A DNA stretch of 64,000 bases from a candidate division FCPU426 bacterium (GTDB taxonomy: Bacteria; Oederibacteriota; Muellerivitia; Muellerivitales; Muellerivitaceae). Below are positions 1 to 11,484 of this stretch, piece after piece; within the stretch, counting starts at the first letter, position 1, and the number at the start of each line of letters is the position of its first letter. The stretch is from positions 64,001 through 128,000 of the forward strand of contig CAWCKJ010000002.1 of assembly GCA_963796105.1 (NCBI GenBank), written 5' to 3'. The notes beneath the pieces were generated by a model, which saw only the letters and a list, made by a program, of their open reading frames with translations, was not told the DNA's origin and searched no databases. The translations under genes and the position numbers were made by a program.

Positions 1-96
1 TTTGCTCTTGCGCCCGATGGGCGTTATGGTCAAGTCTGCGGACCGTGGAAAAATCAATTTTTCCATCGGCCGTCAGCTGGACCATAGAACATGATC
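1..96 (-). repeat. ~110-bp multi-hairpin element (family D), truncated by window edge
   Basis: Reverse complement aligns with 33618-33728 (gacggccgatggaaaaatt-atttttccacggtccgcag...cgcccatcgggcgcaa). Confidence 0.85.
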
Positions 97-132
97 AAAA
101 TGCGCTTTAAATCCCATGTACCCATGTATCCG

Positions 133-207
133 TGCCGAACATCTATAAAAATATCTTGAGATCAGTACTGTACCAGCCTCCTTCAACTTCTTTATGGTGG
201 GCTGGCA
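133..207 (+). repeat. ~75-bp double-hairpin unit, flanked by CG/CG
   Basis: TGCCGA..TCAGTA-ctg-TACCAGCC..GGCTGGCA; removal restores atccgtggc. Confidence 0.9.
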
Positions 208-279
208 CGTGGCAAAATAACTTTTTGAATTTAACTGTGTCTCTGTGTGGTGCGAAGCACCGCTGTGGTGAATACGTTT

Positions 280-3200
280 TTAATGAATTACGGCTATCTT
301 GCCGCTGAAAGTTTGGCTCCCCGCCTGGATCTTGTAAATATAGAGCCCCGCCGCTATTGGCGCCCCGGACTGGTTTCTTAGGTTCCAAGTCAGCGTATTC
401 AATCCCGGTTGTCCCAGGAAGCTTACGGAATAAACCAGCTCGCCCGTGAGGTTGTAGAGGTTCAATTGGACCGGCGTGGCTCCTGTGAGCGTGAGGCGGA
501 ATTGGATGGGCGTCCCGTCCTGGGAAATATTCGGCCAAGCGGCGGCGGAGTTAGAAATGAGGAATGAGGAGTTAGGGGTGGGAGACAAGGTATAAGTAGG
601 AGTTAGGAGTGGGGAGTTAGGAGTTAATGTCAAAGTCGGGGTGGCTGTGTTGTAAGGTGTCGCGGTGTAAGAGGGCGTAGCTGAAGGCGAAGCGGTGAGG
701 GACGCCGTAGGCGTCATCGAATCCGTCGAGGTGGGCGTGGAAGTGGATGTGCTTGTGGATGTGGGGGTAGGCGTAAAGGTGCAGGTCGAAGTGGGGGGCG
801 CTGGGGTGCAGGTGGAAGTGGGTGTTGGGGAAGGGGTAGGGGTGGGTTCCAGCCTGACGCCGAAAACCACGTTCATGATCCTGCCGCCCGTGGGGGCGGA
901 GGTGAACTCGTCCACTTCCTTGTTCCCGCAGTCCACCACGAACAGGTTCCCAGTGGGGTCGTAGGCCAGACAGCTCGGGTTATAGAAATTCGTGACACCC
1001 GCCCCGTCGATCTCGCCCAGGTAGCCTCCCTGGTTCGCGGCGTAAACAACCCGGTTGTTATCCCAGTCGGTGATGAATAGATTTCCCTGCTTGTCCGTCA
1101 CGATCCCGCCGCTGTAGCTACCGAGAGCTTTGGGCCATCCTGTCCCGTTGAAGGAATTAACGAGGGTATAGGATGAGTTGTATTCGGCGATGGAGACGCC
1201 GGAGTTGTTGAGGTAATAGTCCACGAAGTAGTTGCCGTTCCCGTCGAGGGCCACGTCCTCGCAGTAATTGGTGCTCGAGGCGGGGATGATGTTCGATCCG
1301 CTGTCATCCGCCCAGGCCAGGGACCAGATTCCGTTGTCATCGGCCACCAGCAGGTTCCCATTGGGGTCGATCCTGACGCTGTTGTCCAGCACGCAATTTC
1401 CAAGTCCTGTCCAGGTGTAGTCGTAAACCGCCGAGCTGGCGCCGAGTTTGTAGCCCACCACGCCTGTCCCGTACTCGGGGATGTAAAGCTCGTCGCTGGA
1501 ATCAATGGCCAGGCTTCCGGTGTATCCGCCGGTGGTGGGGATGGTATAGAGCAGGGTCTGCCCGGTGATGTCGTACACGTACACGTTGGAGTCCGCGTCG
1601 CCGTCGTCCACCACGAGGAAACTCACCCCGTCGGAGGCCACGCTCCAGGGGTTGGTGGTGCCAGCCGGGCTGAAAACGTTGGGCACGTAACTGGTGGTCA
1701 GGTTCCAAGAGCCGATGGGGATGGTGGTCTGAGTGGAAGTGACGGTGGGCGTGAAGGAGGATTGCGCTATGGCCGTCTGGGTCTCCTGCGCCTGGTAAGT
1801 GGCGGTGGGGGCGGTGGTTCCGGTCATGTTGGGGGTAGGGGTATTTGTTTTGGTGAGAGTGGGCGTGAGCGTGTTCGTGGGTGTGTTGGTCACGGACGGG
1901 GTGTAGGAATAAGTATAGGTATAGGTAAAGGTATTGGTGTAAGTAGGAGTAGCAGTGGGGGTATTGGTGGGTGTGTTCGTCGGTGTCGCGGTTTTGGTGG
2001 GAGACAAAGTAATAGTGGGGGTGCTAGTTGGGGAAGGCGTCGGGGTGGCCGTCGGGTTGCAGTTGGCCGCGTAAAACTCAACCGCCAAAATGTCTGAAAT
2101 GGAAGCGCCGCTTAAAACGCAGGTCACAGGGTAGCTGTTGATTGCCGTTGCGGTACGGTAGTTTCCCTCGGTGGAAAAGCCGGTATTGGAAAACGACCAT
2201 TCCGGGGTTTCCCCGGTTCCGGTCAAGGTAAAGGTCCTGCTGTTATAGACGTTGAATAATCCCACCACGATGGAGTTTTGCTGGCTTGTGGAAAAGGGCA
2301 TGGATGGATTTGCCGTTGAGGCAAGAACCGTCGAGGCGGAGTTGCCGAGGGGAGCGATTGGGTCCATCCCCGTGAAAACCATGGCGCCGATATCCATGGT
2401 TTGGGCGGCGGAAGCCGTGATCACGATGTTCCGGGACGCGCCGAGACCGGTCATTTGGGAACTGGGCAGGTAAAAGATGAAATTCTCGTGGCCGTTTGCG
2501 GTATCCGTGACACCCAAGGCGGGCACCAGGTTGACATTGTTGTAAGTGGCGGTGTTGATGGTGGCGGTAGTGTTTTTTATGGAGACTTGGACCACCAGGA
2601 GGGGGTTGGTTACTGGGGTGGCGATATTCAAGGCGAGAGTGTAGGTGTTGACGCTCCCGGGGAACGCGCTGGTCACGGTGGAGAAAGCGGATTGGCAGGT
2701 GACATAAGCCGTGTCCGTGGGTGTCTGGGTGGGAGTGGATGTATTCGTGGATGTCGGGGTATTGGTAGGCGTGGAAGTTTTCGTCGGGGTTAGGGTGATG
2801 GTGGGCGTGGCTGTTTTGGTGGGGGTAAGAGTGATGGTGGGCGTGGAGGTATTCGTGGAAGTGATAGTCGGCGTCGAGGTTTTGGTCGGCGTGGGAGTGA
2901 TGGTGGGTGTGTTGGTGATCGTGGGCGTCGAGGTCCAGGACGGCACGAAACCCACGCAGGAGTTGGCGTAAACCTGGTAGCTAAGTGTGCTCGCCGCGCC
3001 AGCTGTCCCGTTGGCCGTGAAGGGGTCCTGCATGCCATTATAGGGCCCGCCCGAGATGCCCTCGGAGTAGCTGGTTCCTGATCCGGTGCAGGCGACCGTG
3101 CCCGTGGTGCCGGTCACGTAAAACGCGAGCCAGTAGCTTCCGGCCGGAAGGGCAGTCGCGGGAACCGGCAGGGTATTCAATCCGGCGGTCACGGCAGTCT

Positions 3201-4293
3201 GCTGGGTTTGCACGAGAAGCCTTCCAGGGGTGTTGCCGGTGACGTTGGCGTAGATCCCCAGGATGGCCGAGACCGGTGCGGTCGCGGCGGTCATGCTGAT
3301 GGCCATGGAAGTGACGGTGGCCCCGTTGGAGAAACTGTAAAGGGAGCCAGCCTGCGTGTTGATCCCATTGGCGCTAGGGGTCGTGCCGGGAACAGCCGGA
3401 CCCGTGGTTTGGACCCAGGTGCAGACGGGAGTGGCTGTGGCGGTGGCGCAAGCCCCGGTGTAGGAGATCCACTGCTGGTTGCTCGACCCGCCGGTGGCGG
3501 CGGTGAATCCGTAATAGACCATGGTCTGGTTCTGGAAGACGCTTCCCACGAGGTCTCGGTTGTAAACCATGGTGCGGGCCGTGCCGCCCGCGTCCACGAT
3601 CGTGAAGGACAAAATCTTGTTCACCGCGTCCCAGGTCACGGTGACTGGATCGACCCCGCCGTTCAGGATCGTGGCGGGGAACACGTAGGGACAGCCGGTG
3701 ACTGAGGCGCTGGGTGTGACGTAGGGGCAGACGGCCGCGGTGGTCACGCCGTTCTCGAAAACTTCCAGTTGCCCCGTTTTGAAGGTTGTGTCGTAAGTGT
3801 TGATGGCGAAAGCCACCGAGGGAGAGACGGGGTTGGTGCCGGAGTAGCCCAGGCAGGCCCCGCAGGGTCCGCCGTTTCCGCTGAGGGCCGAGAGCCCGTT
3901 CTGGTCTTTCTGCAGGACGAAAGCGATCCCGTCGGCTCCACCCGCCGCGCCCAGGCTGGCGTTGTAGGTCTGGGTGAAGCCTTGGCTGAGGTCAATCTGC
4001 GTGGAGTTCCAGCAGGCCCCGCTTTGGCTCGCCACGTTTTGGGTGAGATAGACGGTCGTGCCGATGCTGGTGGCGTCCCCAACCAGGTTCCAATTGGGAC
4101 AGACTTGGGCGGAAGAGAAAGAGGAAGAGAACAAAATAATGAAGAATGAATAATGGGCAATGGACAATAAGGACAAACGACGAAGAAGAACGGGGAATGA
4201 AAGGCAACGGCGAAGAAAAGCAGGGCGATGGAAAACGGACAATCGGGACGATTGGTGACGAGAAAGTTTTTTCCTGCCCGGCGACAAAAACAT
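280..4293 (-). CDS. Large secreted multidomain protein: L-type lectin-like N-domain, Thr/Pro linkers, NHL-like beta-propeller, C-terminal FlgD/Ig-like domain
   Basis: 1337 aa [13 protein letters not shown] and [10 protein letters not shown] lectin motifs; TPTxTPT tracts; C-terminal [10 protein letters not shown]...[23 protein letters not shown]; true start uncertain. Confidence 0.8.
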   Translation of the reverse strand: MFLSPGRKKLSRHQSSRLSVFHRPAFLRRCLSFPVLLRRLSLLSIAHYSFFIILFSSSFSSAQVCPNWNLVGDATSIGTTVYLTQNVASQSGACWNSTQIDLSQGFTQTYNASLGAAGGADGIAFVLQKDQNGLSALSGNGGPCGACLGYSGTNPVSPSVAFAINTYDTTFKTGQLEVFENGVTTAAVCPYVTPSASVTGCPYVFPATILNGGVDPVTVTWDAVNKILSFTIVDAGGTARTMVYNRDLVGSVFQNQTMVYYGFTAATGGSSNQQWISYTGACATATATPVCTWVQTTGPAVPGTTPSANGINTQAGSLYSFSNGATVTSMAISMTAATAPVSAILGIYANVTGNTPGRLLVQTQQTAVTAGLNTLPVPATALPAGSYWLAFYVTGTTGTVACTGSGTSYSEGISGGPYNGMQDPFTANGTAGAASTLSYQVYANSCVGFVPSWTSTPTITNTPTITPTPTKTSTPTITSTNTSTPTITLTPTKTATPTITLTPTKTSTPTNTPTSTNTSTPTQTPTDTAYVTCQSAFSTVTSAFPGSVNTYTLALNIATPVTNPLLVVQVSIKNTTATINTATYNNVNLVPALGVTDTANGHENFIFYLPSSQMTGLGASRNIVITASAAQTMDIGAMVFTGMDPIAPLGNSASTVLASTANPSMPFSTSQQNSIVVGLFNVYNSRTFTLTGTGETPEWSFSNTGFSTEGNYRTATAINSYPVTCVLSGASISDILAVEFYAANCNPTATPTPSPTSTPTITLSPTKTATPTNTPTNTPTATPTYTNTFTYTYTYSYTPSVTNTPTNTLTPTLTKTNTPTPNMTGTTAPTATYQAQETQTAIAQSSFTPTVTSTQTTIPIGSWNLTTSYVPNVFSPAGTTNPWSVASDGVSFLVVDDGDADSNVYVYDITGQTLLYTIPTTGGYTGSLAIDSSDELYIPEYGTGVVGYKLGASSAVYDYTWTGLGNCVLDNSVRIDPNGNLLVADDNGIWSLAWADDSGSNIIPASSTNYCEDVALDGNGNYFVDYYLNNSGVSIAEYNSSYTLVNSFNGTGWPKALGSYSGGIVTDKQGNLFITDWDNNRVVYAANQGGYLGEIDGAGVTNFYNPSCLAYDPTGNLFVVDCGNKEVDEFTSAPTGGRIMNVVFGVRLEPTPTPSPTPTSTCTPAPPTSTCTFTPTPTSTSTSTSTPTSTDSMTPTASLTASPSATPSYTATPYNTATPTLTLTPNSPLLTPTYTLSPTPNSSFLISNSAAAWPNISQDGTPIQFRLTLTGATPVQLNLYNLTGELVYSVSFLGQPGLNTLTWNLRNQSGAPIAAGLYIYKIQAGSQTFSGKIAVIH

Positions 4294-4935
4294 GAATTGC
4301 CCCCCTATAACGGCCGAAAAGACATGTACAATGACGAATCATTACTTTGGAAATGGATAGTTTCTCGGTGGGATCAACGGGCAGGTCTAACCCAACAATT
4401 GTGCAAATTATACAGCGCTATAAAGAATAAGTCAACTCAGTAAAACGAGAAACTAAAGGGTTTTTAAGGTTTTCTTACCATTGTGATTATTGATTAAAGA
4501 CTCGTAAATAGGGGTTTTTGTGGGGAGGTAGAATGGGACTGCTTTCCCGTTAGTAACTTAAAAACAGGGTTCATGTACAAATTAAGAATGATGAATGAGT
4601 GACCCGCCAAGCGACTTTGAGGGAAGGCGGGAAGGGTAGTGGAACAAAGGCTCTCGAGTAATAAGTGCCGCCACTGATTTGATGGTTCTTCTTAAAACAT
4701 CAACGACTGAAATGTTAATTGGTGAATGGCCGGGAATTCCCGGACCGGGAAAACATTCCGGAATTTAGAAAGGAGATGCTTCTTAAACTTTCCTTATAAA
4801 TTTAATTGGAAAAATAACGTCTCTATAAGGAAGTGTTTGGCTTTGAATGAACTGATGGACAAACTTTGATTGTTCATGGATTTTTCCCGGGCGCCTGGTT
4901 TTCAGGGGATTAATTTTACGGTGATGGTTTAAGAT

Positions 4936-5547
4936 TCAGGAAAGATCTTCGGACCTTAAATAACGCTCCAAGGTTTTGGGACTCACATCCATAAATGTGG
5001 CGATCTTCCTTTTTTGCAATTTATTTGGACCCAGGAGTTGTTCCAAAAAAGTCCTCGTGAAAATACGTTTAGCTTGATTCAGATTGGTGTTTTGGTAGTA
5101 AGAACGCTCGATCGTTGAATAGGAGACACTGCCAAAGTTATCAACGCTGGACTCCCTAGACGGCGTACCCGCGAGAAATTCCTTGATCTTTTGCTCCAGC
5201 ACGGATGGTTCCCAAGCGACGCAAAGAACGTCTTGAAAACCCGACTTCAAAGCGGTCAACACATTGCTCAAATCCAGGGCTGAAAACAAGGCCATGCGCT
5301 GGGAGGTGGGCTGGATATGTTCAATCTCCGCGAATAAACCAAAGGCCCATTGCTGATTATGGATAAGATGCCAATCAATCAATAAAAAATCATAGGCGCG
5401 GCTGGTTAACTCATGAATGGCGTCCTTGATGTTATCCGCGGCTTTTGCGTCCCCGTATCGGGAACATACGTTCATGAGTACCGGCCGGAAATAAGCGTCA
5501 TCCTCGAGGATAAAAATATTTTGTTTTTTTGGGCTGATTGGAAGCAT
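4936..5547 (-). CDS. Atypical response regulator (receiver plus Fis-like HTH)
   Basis: IFILEDD and FLLIDW receiver motifs; C-terminal IATFMDVSPKTLERYL HTH; paralog at 22113-22724. Confidence 0.75.
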   Translation of the reverse strand: MLPISPKKQNIFILEDDAYFRPVLMNVCSRYGDAKAADNIKDAIHELTSRAYDFLLIDWHLIHNQQWAFGLFAEIEHIQPTSQRMALFSALDLSNVLTALKSGFQDVLCVAWEPSVLEQKIKEFLAGTPSRESSVDNFGSVSYSTIERSYYQNTNLNQAKRIFTRTFLEQLLGPNKLQKRKIATFMDVSPKTLERYLRSEDLS

Positions 5548-6218
5548 GAGCTTCTTTCCTATAAGGATGTCTTTAATTTACCATAAGTGACCGCAACCTT
5601 AATACCAACCATTGGTACTTTTAAACATCGAGAGAACGGCCGACACCAAAATCAATCCCGTTTCAGCTTTTGGATTTCCTGATTCTCCATTAGTCATTCT
5701 ATGGTCCGTTAAGCGGGAAAATATACCCCTGCCTATTTCCCGCGTAAAATAAAGAAGATATCCGGATTTTCCAAGGTGACACTAAGCAAGGAGGGCCGCA
5801 CTTTGGAAGGGGTCAATAGCGTAATTTTGGGCCCCGTCATGGAATACAACCGTGTTAATTATGCAAAGAAAATAGGGTCTGGACGACATACTGCACAATA
5901 TTAGGCTTTTATGGATATTCCTCAGGTATTTCATTGAGTTCTAAAATTAAAAACTGCACAAATTCTGATCTATGCAAGCCCATGTCACGAGTTTAACGTT
6001 CATTGCCTGAAATATTAAAATGAAATAGGGAAACAGGAGTTAAAATAAAGCCTCTCGGGATAATGAACCCTTTCAATGAATGTCTTCATTGGAAATAATA
6101 AGCCCATAGTTTCCTTGGCATGGTTGGAAAGAAATATCTTGAATCTTCCTATCTTCGGTGATGAGTTAAACGACAATGGCTAAAATCTCAGTATCAACAT
6201 TTCCGGAAGGTTGAGCGA

Positions 6219-7631
6219 TTGAAACCCACCATATTAATAGTTGATGACGAGGAAAGCGTCAGGGAATCCCTGAAACTGATCCTGGAAGGGGATTACCACC
6301 TGGTATTCGCCGTGGACGCCAAATCCACCTTGGAGACATTAAAATCAAAGGCTTTTGACCTCTGCCTCCTGGATATCCTCCTGCCCGATGGAACCGGTAC
6401 CGACCTGTTGCGCCAGATCAAGCGCCGGGATGATTCATTGGAAGCCATCATGGTGACAGCCTTGCAAAGCGTGGACACTGCTTTGGAGGCCATGAAACTC
6501 GGGGCCTGCGACTATGTCACCAAGCCGTTTCAAGTGAAGGAACTCCTGGAAAAAATCAAGGCTGCCTTGAGTAAGAGGAACCTTAAAAAAGGTTTCCGGT
6601 TTTTAAAGGACGAGAACGAGCGTTTAATCCCGGCCAGTCTCACCGGAAAAAGCAAGGCCATTCAGGGGGTTCACGCGAGAATCAAGGAATTAGCCCAAAC
6701 CGGCGAGGCGGTCCTGATTAGGGGGGAAGCGGGAACAGGAAAAGCGGATGTTGCCTGGGAAATTCACCGCCAAAGCCCCCGCCAAAAGGGTCCTTTCGTC
6801 ACCATCGCCTGCGGAACCTTGTCCAAGAGCCAATTGAGCCTCGAGTTATACGGCCGGGAGGAGAAGGACGAGATCACCAAGCAGGACCAAATAGGGAAGC
6901 TGGAGTTCGCCGAGCATGGAACCCTTTACTTGGAGGATGTGGACAAGCTTTCCCTGGAGACCCAGGATGAACTGGCGAAAATATTTTTGGAGCGAAAAAT
7001 TCAATGGGGCAAAAAGCAAAAAGCCATATCCCTGGATTTCAGGCTCATCGCCTCCAGCGGGAAGGATTTGATCCCTGAGGTGGATAACCGAAAGTTCAGG
7101 GGCGCTTTTTACCAGTTATTAAGCTCCCAGACACTCCTGGTTCCGTCTTTGAGGGACCGCCGCGAGGACATTCCCGGGTTGATCCGGCATTTCCTGGAGG
7201 CCGCCAACCAAAAAGCCAATACGCCCGTCCAGGGCATTCACCAGGATGCCATCCAACTTTTTATGGAATACGGCTGGCCCGGAAACCTATGGGAATTGGA
7301 AAGCAGCGTCGAAACCATGGTGCTTTTCGCCGGCAAGGAGAACCTGGACGTGGAGGATGTGCCGCTGGCCATCCTGTCTAAAAAGATTGAAACGGCGAAG
7401 GCGAAGGCCCAAACGAAGGTCTCTCTCCGGAAACTCCGCCACCAATTTGAGCGCCAATACATCCGCAAGGTCCTGGAGCGCACCAGGGGAAACCAAACCC
7501 GGACCGCCGCCACCTTGGGCCTCCACCGAAATACCCTCATTTGGAAATTGAAAGAATTGGACCTGGAGGAGGATTACAAAAAAATCGTCAAGAAACGGCG
7601 CGAGGGCGGAGTCGGTTTCAGGGATTTGTGA
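6219..7631 (+). CDS. NtrC/Fis-family response regulator (REC-AAA+-HTH), GAFTGA loop absent
   Basis: ILIVDDE, GEAGTGK Walker A, WPGNLWELES, NQTRTAATLGLHRNTL. Confidence 0.9.
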   Translation: MKPTILIVDDEESVRESLKLILEGDYHLVFAVDAKSTLETLKSKAFDLCLLDILLPDGTGTDLLRQIKRRDDSLEAIMVTALQSVDTALEAMKLGACDYVTKPFQVKELLEKIKAALSKRNLKKGFRFLKDENERLIPASLTGKSKAIQGVHARIKELAQTGEAVLIRGEAGTGKADVAWEIHRQSPRQKGPFVTIACGTLSKSQLSLELYGREEKDEITKQDQIGKLEFAEHGTLYLEDVDKLSLETQDELAKIFLERKIQWGKKQKAISLDFRLIASSGKDLIPEVDNRKFRGAFYQLLSSQTLLVPSLRDRREDIPGLIRHFLEAANQKANTPVQGIHQDAIQLFMEYGWPGNLWELESSVETMVLFAGKENLDVEDVPLAILSKKIETAKAKAQTKVSLRKLRHQFERQYIRKVLERTRGNQTRTAATLGLHRNTLIWKLKELDLEEDYKKIVKKRREGGVGFRDL

Positions 7632-7892
7632 CGGCTCATTTCCGGGAATCGTTCTTTTCCCGGGCAAAGGACAGGCAAAGAATTTTCCAACCTCCAACAC
7701 CGCGCTTGACCCGGAACCATTAGCTTCTTTCAAGGCCTGTTTAGGGCGCGGGATTTTTCATTAGACGCTTAAAAATGATAGAAGACAAAGCCTGTCAACT
7801 AACCTCGCCAGAGCCTTTTATTTCCAGAAGGAATATTTCCTGCGGTAAAATTCTTTTTTCCCCGAAGTTTGGAATCATCAAGGAGTCATTCG

Positions 7893-9113
7893 ATGAAAAA
7901 GGTCGCTGTCACGGGTCTGGGGGTGATATGCCCTTTGGGGGACAACGCGGCTTCCGCCTGGGACGCCATGCTCCAGGGCCAGGTCGGGACCGGGAGCCTC
8001 CAGTTGATGGATCCCTCCCCCTATCGCGTGAAGATCGGCGGCGAGATCAAGAACCGCGCCCGCATCGAGGCCTTTGAGAAGGAAAACTCCGGCCGGTATG
8101 AAAGGGCCTCGGTCCTGGCCATACTCGCCGTGAGGGAGGCCTTGGACAACGCCGGTTTGAGCCAGACCGGGTTGGAGGACTTCCGGATCGGGAGTTTTTT
8201 CGGCACGACCATGGGGGAGGTCCAGCTGGCCGAGCGGTTATCGGAACTGGTTTCCCAAAACCGCTCGGGGGAAATCAAGGCGGAAAGTTTCCACAAGGTC
8301 CAGGGTTCCAGGATCGCCTTTTCAGTGTTGGAGGACTTGGGAATCGGCGGCCAAACCATGGTTTTTTCCAACGCCTGCGCTTCCGGGAATTACGCCATCG
8401 GCTGGGGTTTCGAGCAGATCCGGCAGGGAAACCTGGACTTGGCCCTTTGCGGGGGCGTTGATCCTTTTTCGCGGATCGCGTTCACCGGTTTCAACCGTCT
8501 CCTCTCCCTGACCCCCGACAAGTGCCGGCCTTTCTCGAAAAACCGCAAGGGTTTGGTCGTGAGCGAGGGGGTGGGAGTACTGGTGTTGGAGGATCTGGAC
8601 CGGGCCTTGGCGAGGGGCGTCCATGTTTATTGCGAGGTCGGCGGCTACGGCCTCGGGATGGACGCGCACCATATGACCTCCCCCCATCCGGAAGGAAACG
8701 GAGCTTATGAGAGCATCTTGAGGGCGTTGGACCAGGCAGGACTCTCACCTGGGGAAGTGGATTACATCTCGGCGCATGGCACAGGCACTCCCGCCAACGA
8801 CAAGACGGAATCCATCGCCATCAAGAAGGTGTTCGGCCCGGATCGCGCGATACCCGTCAGCTCCATCAAGTCCATGATCGGCCACACGATGGGGGCCGCC
8901 AGCGCCATCGAAGCGGCAATGACCTGCCTGTCCCTGGACCGCGGGATGCTTCTTCCCACCATGAACTGGGAAGTCACCGACGGGGACTGCGTCCAGGATT
9001 GCGTGCCCAACCGATCCCGTCCCTTCCAGGGTAAAACCGCGCTCTCCAACTCTTTCGCTTTCGGGGGAAACACCTCCTGCCTGGTCCTGGTAAAAAGGGA
9101 GGCGCGCCCGTGA
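7893..9113 (+). CDS. fabF: Beta-ketoacyl-ACP synthase (FabF-like KS)
   Basis: VAVTGLG, NACASG (catalytic Cys), HGTGT, KSMIGH, SNSFAFGG; ATG at 7893 after AAGGAG. Confidence 0.92.
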   Translation: MKKVAVTGLGVICPLGDNAASAWDAMLQGQVGTGSLQLMDPSPYRVKIGGEIKNRARIEAFEKENSGRYERASVLAILAVREALDNAGLSQTGLEDFRIGSFFGTTMGEVQLAERLSELVSQNRSGEIKAESFHKVQGSRIAFSVLEDLGIGGQTMVFSNACASGNYAIGWGFEQIRQGNLDLALCGGVDPFSRIAFTGFNRLLSLTPDKCRPFSKNRKGLVVSEGVGVLVLEDLDRALARGVHVYCEVGGYGLGMDAHHMTSPHPEGNGAYESILRALDQAGLSPGEVDYISAHGTGTPANDKTESIAIKKVFGPDRAIPVSSIKSMIGHTMGAASAIEAAMTCLSLDRGMLLPTMNWEVTDGDCVQDCVPNRSRPFQGKTALSNSFAFGGNTSCLVLVKREARP

Positions 9114-10012
9114 AGCCGCTTTTCATCCAACGCAAGGGAGAGGCCATCCTGGGCCGGGGAGGGATCTCTTTAGATAACTTGCCGGTGGAATTCCAAAAGT
9201 TTTATCCAAACGAGTCGCCCAAATACATCGACCCTCTGTCCCTGCTGGCCGCCTTGGCCGCGGGACGGGCCCTGGAAGGGGTTGGGTCCTTGGCTGGGGA
9301 GGAATTCCGGGGGAATTTCGCGGTGGTTCTGGGTAATGGTTTCGGCGCCCTCGAAAGCTCATTGGATTTCGACCGGCAGGCCCTGCTCAAGGGCCCCAAT
9401 ACCGTCAATCCCATGGATTTCCCCAATACCGTGGCCAACGCGGCAGGAAGCAGGATCGGGATCTGGCTCCAACTCAAGGGGCCGAATGTGACCCTCACCA
9501 ACGGGGCGACCTCCTTCATCGACGCGGTCGGGTTCGCTTTTGAGGGGTATAACGCCGGGCTTTTTAAGCGGTGCCTGGCCGGTGCGGTGGAAAAGGTTCC
9601 GGCCTTCCTCAAACCCATGACAGGACAACCGGGAACAAAATCAGAATCCAGGGAAGGGGCATGCTTGTTGCTGGCATCCGAGGATCAGGAAAAGGAAAGT
9701 TTATTCGAGGTGGTTGATTTTTTTTCTGTACAATTGAAACCGGATTTAACCCTTCCCGAATTGTCCCCCGGCCGTTGGGAGGGATTGTGGGAGGGATTGT
9801 CCTGGCTGGGTTATCCGGCGGATACGCCCCTAGAGCCTCTTTTTCCCCGGAAAATCTCCCGGACTTTTCCTGATCCGTCCGTAATGGAACTGGGCTTAAG
9901 CGGTTTGGGGTCCTTGAACGCGTTTCTTGCGGCGCCGCAGCCGCTGGGGATGGTTGGCGCGTATTCCGGTGTTGATAAAAAAGTATCAATGATAAAAATA
10001 AAAAAGAAATAA
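9110..10012 (+). CDS. Ketosynthase-like protein without catalytic Cys (chain-length-factor-like)
   Basis: VNPMDFPNTVANAAGSRIGI...KGPNVTLTNGATS KS N-domain; overlaps KS stop codon. Confidence 0.75.
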   Translation: MKPLFIQRKGEAILGRGGISLDNLPVEFQKFYPNESPKYIDPLSLLAALAAGRALEGVGSLAGEEFRGNFAVVLGNGFGALESSLDFDRQALLKGPNTVNPMDFPNTVANAAGSRIGIWLQLKGPNVTLTNGATSFIDAVGFAFEGYNAGLFKRCLAGAVEKVPAFLKPMTGQPGTKSESREGACLLLASEDQEKESLFEVVDFFSVQLKPDLTLPELSPGRWEGLWEGLSWLGYPADTPLEPLFPRKISRTFPDPSVMELGLSGLGSLNAFLAAPQPLGMVGAYSGVDKKVSMIKIKKK

Positions 10013-10025
10013 GGAGCCTTTAAAA

Positions 10026-10271
10026 ATGGAAACCACCGAAATTAAATCGAAAATCAAGGAAATCATCGCGGGCATGTTCGACGTCCAGCCTGGGGACATC
10101 CCCGACGCTAAACCGTTTCCTGAAATCTCGAAATACGATTCCATGAGGGCCTTGGAGTTCCTGGCCAAGTTGGAGACCGAGTTCAATGTCACCATCGATC
10201 CGGACCAACTCTACACAATGACAACGGTGGAAAAGACGGTAGAGGTCATCCGAAGCATGGTCAAGGACTGA
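10026..10271 (+). CDS. Acyl carrier protein
   Basis: 81 aa acidic, YDSMRALE phosphopantetheine motif, AAGGAG RBS. Confidence 0.9.
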   Translation: METTEIKSKIKEIIAGMFDVQPGDIPDAKPFPEISKYDSMRALEFLAKLETEFNVTIDPDQLYTMTTVEKTVEVIRSMVKD

Positions 10272-10272
10272 A

Positions 10273-10722
10273 ATGGAAACGCCCAACGAGATCCAAGTTC
10301 AAACTTTGCTGAAACAACGCTATCCCTTTGTGATGGTGGATAAGGTCCTTTCCTGGGAGAAGTGGCGGGAACTCAAGGCAGTGAAAAATGTCACATTCAA
10401 CGAGCCCCATTTTCAGGGCCATTTTCCGGGATTCCCGATATTTCCGGGAGTCTTGACGATCGAATGTTTCGCCCAAGCCTCCGCTCTCCTGATCGGCCTT
10501 TCCCGGGATGAGCCCTTGGCCCCGGGTTTATTCGACGCCATTGGAACGGTCATGGATTTCCGATTGGAAAAACCCATCTTTCCCGGCGATCGCTTGGAAA
10601 GCAACGTGAAAATCGTCAAGATGGCGGGCTCGAATCGGATTTTGGAGGGGAAAATGTATGTGGATCAAGAGATCGTCGCGACTGGAAAAATGATTTTTGG
10701 GGAAATCAGATTGCCGAAATGA
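10273..10722 (+). CDS. fabZ: 3-hydroxyacyl-ACP dehydratase
   Basis: RYPFVMVD, KNVTFNEPHFQGHFPG.PIFPGVL.IE. Confidence 0.93.
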   Translation: METPNEIQVQTLLKQRYPFVMVDKVLSWEKWRELKAVKNVTFNEPHFQGHFPGFPIFPGVLTIECFAQASALLIGLSRDEPLAPGLFDAIGTVMDFRLEKPIFPGDRLESNVKIVKMAGSNRILEGKMYVDQEIVATGKMIFGEIRLPK

Positions 10723-10757
10723 TTTATGGCGCTGAAAACCGCCGAAAAGGATGAGGG

Positions 10758-11477
10758 ATGAAAAAAATCGTTATCTCCGGCGGCTCTTCGGGAATCGGCA
10801 AGAGCCTGGTGGAAAAATTTTCCGAAAAGGGCTGGAAAGTCCACTTCACCTTTCATTCCAATGAGCCTTCAGCCCGGGAAATGGAACGGCGGTTCGAAGG
10901 CAAAATAAAAGCCCATAAGTTGGATGTCACGAATCGCGAGGCCTGCGACCAATTTTGCAAGAACGTTCTAAAAGAGGAAGGAAGCGTTGACGTATTGGTC
11001 AATAACGCGGGTATCACAAGGGACAAACCGCTTTTTGTCATGAAAGACGAGGATTGGTCGGAAGTCTTGAACACGAACCTTTCCGGGGTTTTTTACCTAA
11101 CACGGGCTTTTGTACTGGACATGTTGAAAAAGAAAAGGGGCCGAGTGGTCAATATCTCATCCGTCTCCGGCCTTCACGGACTCCCGGGGCAAACCAACTA
11201 TTCCGCCTCGAAAGCCGGGATCATTGGGTTCACCAAGGCCCTGGCCAAGGAAGCGGGCCCCTACGGCGTGACGGCCAATGTGGTGGCTCCCGGAGGCGTT
11301 ACAACGCCCATGATCGAGAAAATGACTCCGCAGGCCAAGGAAGCCATTCTCCAGGCGGTGCCGCTCAAAAGGTTTTGCGAGCCGGAGGAAGTCGCGCGGG
11401 TGGTATTTTTCTTGGCTGAGGAAGCCCCGAATTATATGAACGGCAGTGTCCTGGTCCTGGATGGCGGGGCGGGGTGA
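10758..11477 (+). CDS. fabG: 3-oxoacyl-ACP reductase
   Basis: SGGSSGIG, LVNNAGITRD, GQTNYSASKAG. Confidence 0.92.
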   Translation: MKKIVISGGSSGIGKSLVEKFSEKGWKVHFTFHSNEPSAREMERRFEGKIKAHKLDVTNREACDQFCKNVLKEEGSVDVLVNNAGITRDKPLFVMKDEDWSEVLNTNLSGVFYLTRAFVLDMLKKKRGRVVNISSVSGLHGLPGQTNYSASKAGIIGFTKALAKEAGPYGVTANVVAPGGVTTPMIEKMTPQAKEAILQAVPLKRFCEPEEVARVVFFLAEEAPNYMNGSVLVLDGGAG

Positions 11478-11484
11478 AAGGAAT

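Noticed and set aside
695..2971. Val/Gly-rich plus-strand ORFs (also 40539-40868, 45700-47100)
   Set aside because: Antisense shadows of Thr/Pro tracts.
7893..11477. Housekeeping fab operon or aryl polyene cluster
   Set aside because: No fabD/fabH/plsX, a CLF-like partner is present, and aryl-polyene accessory genes were not recognised.
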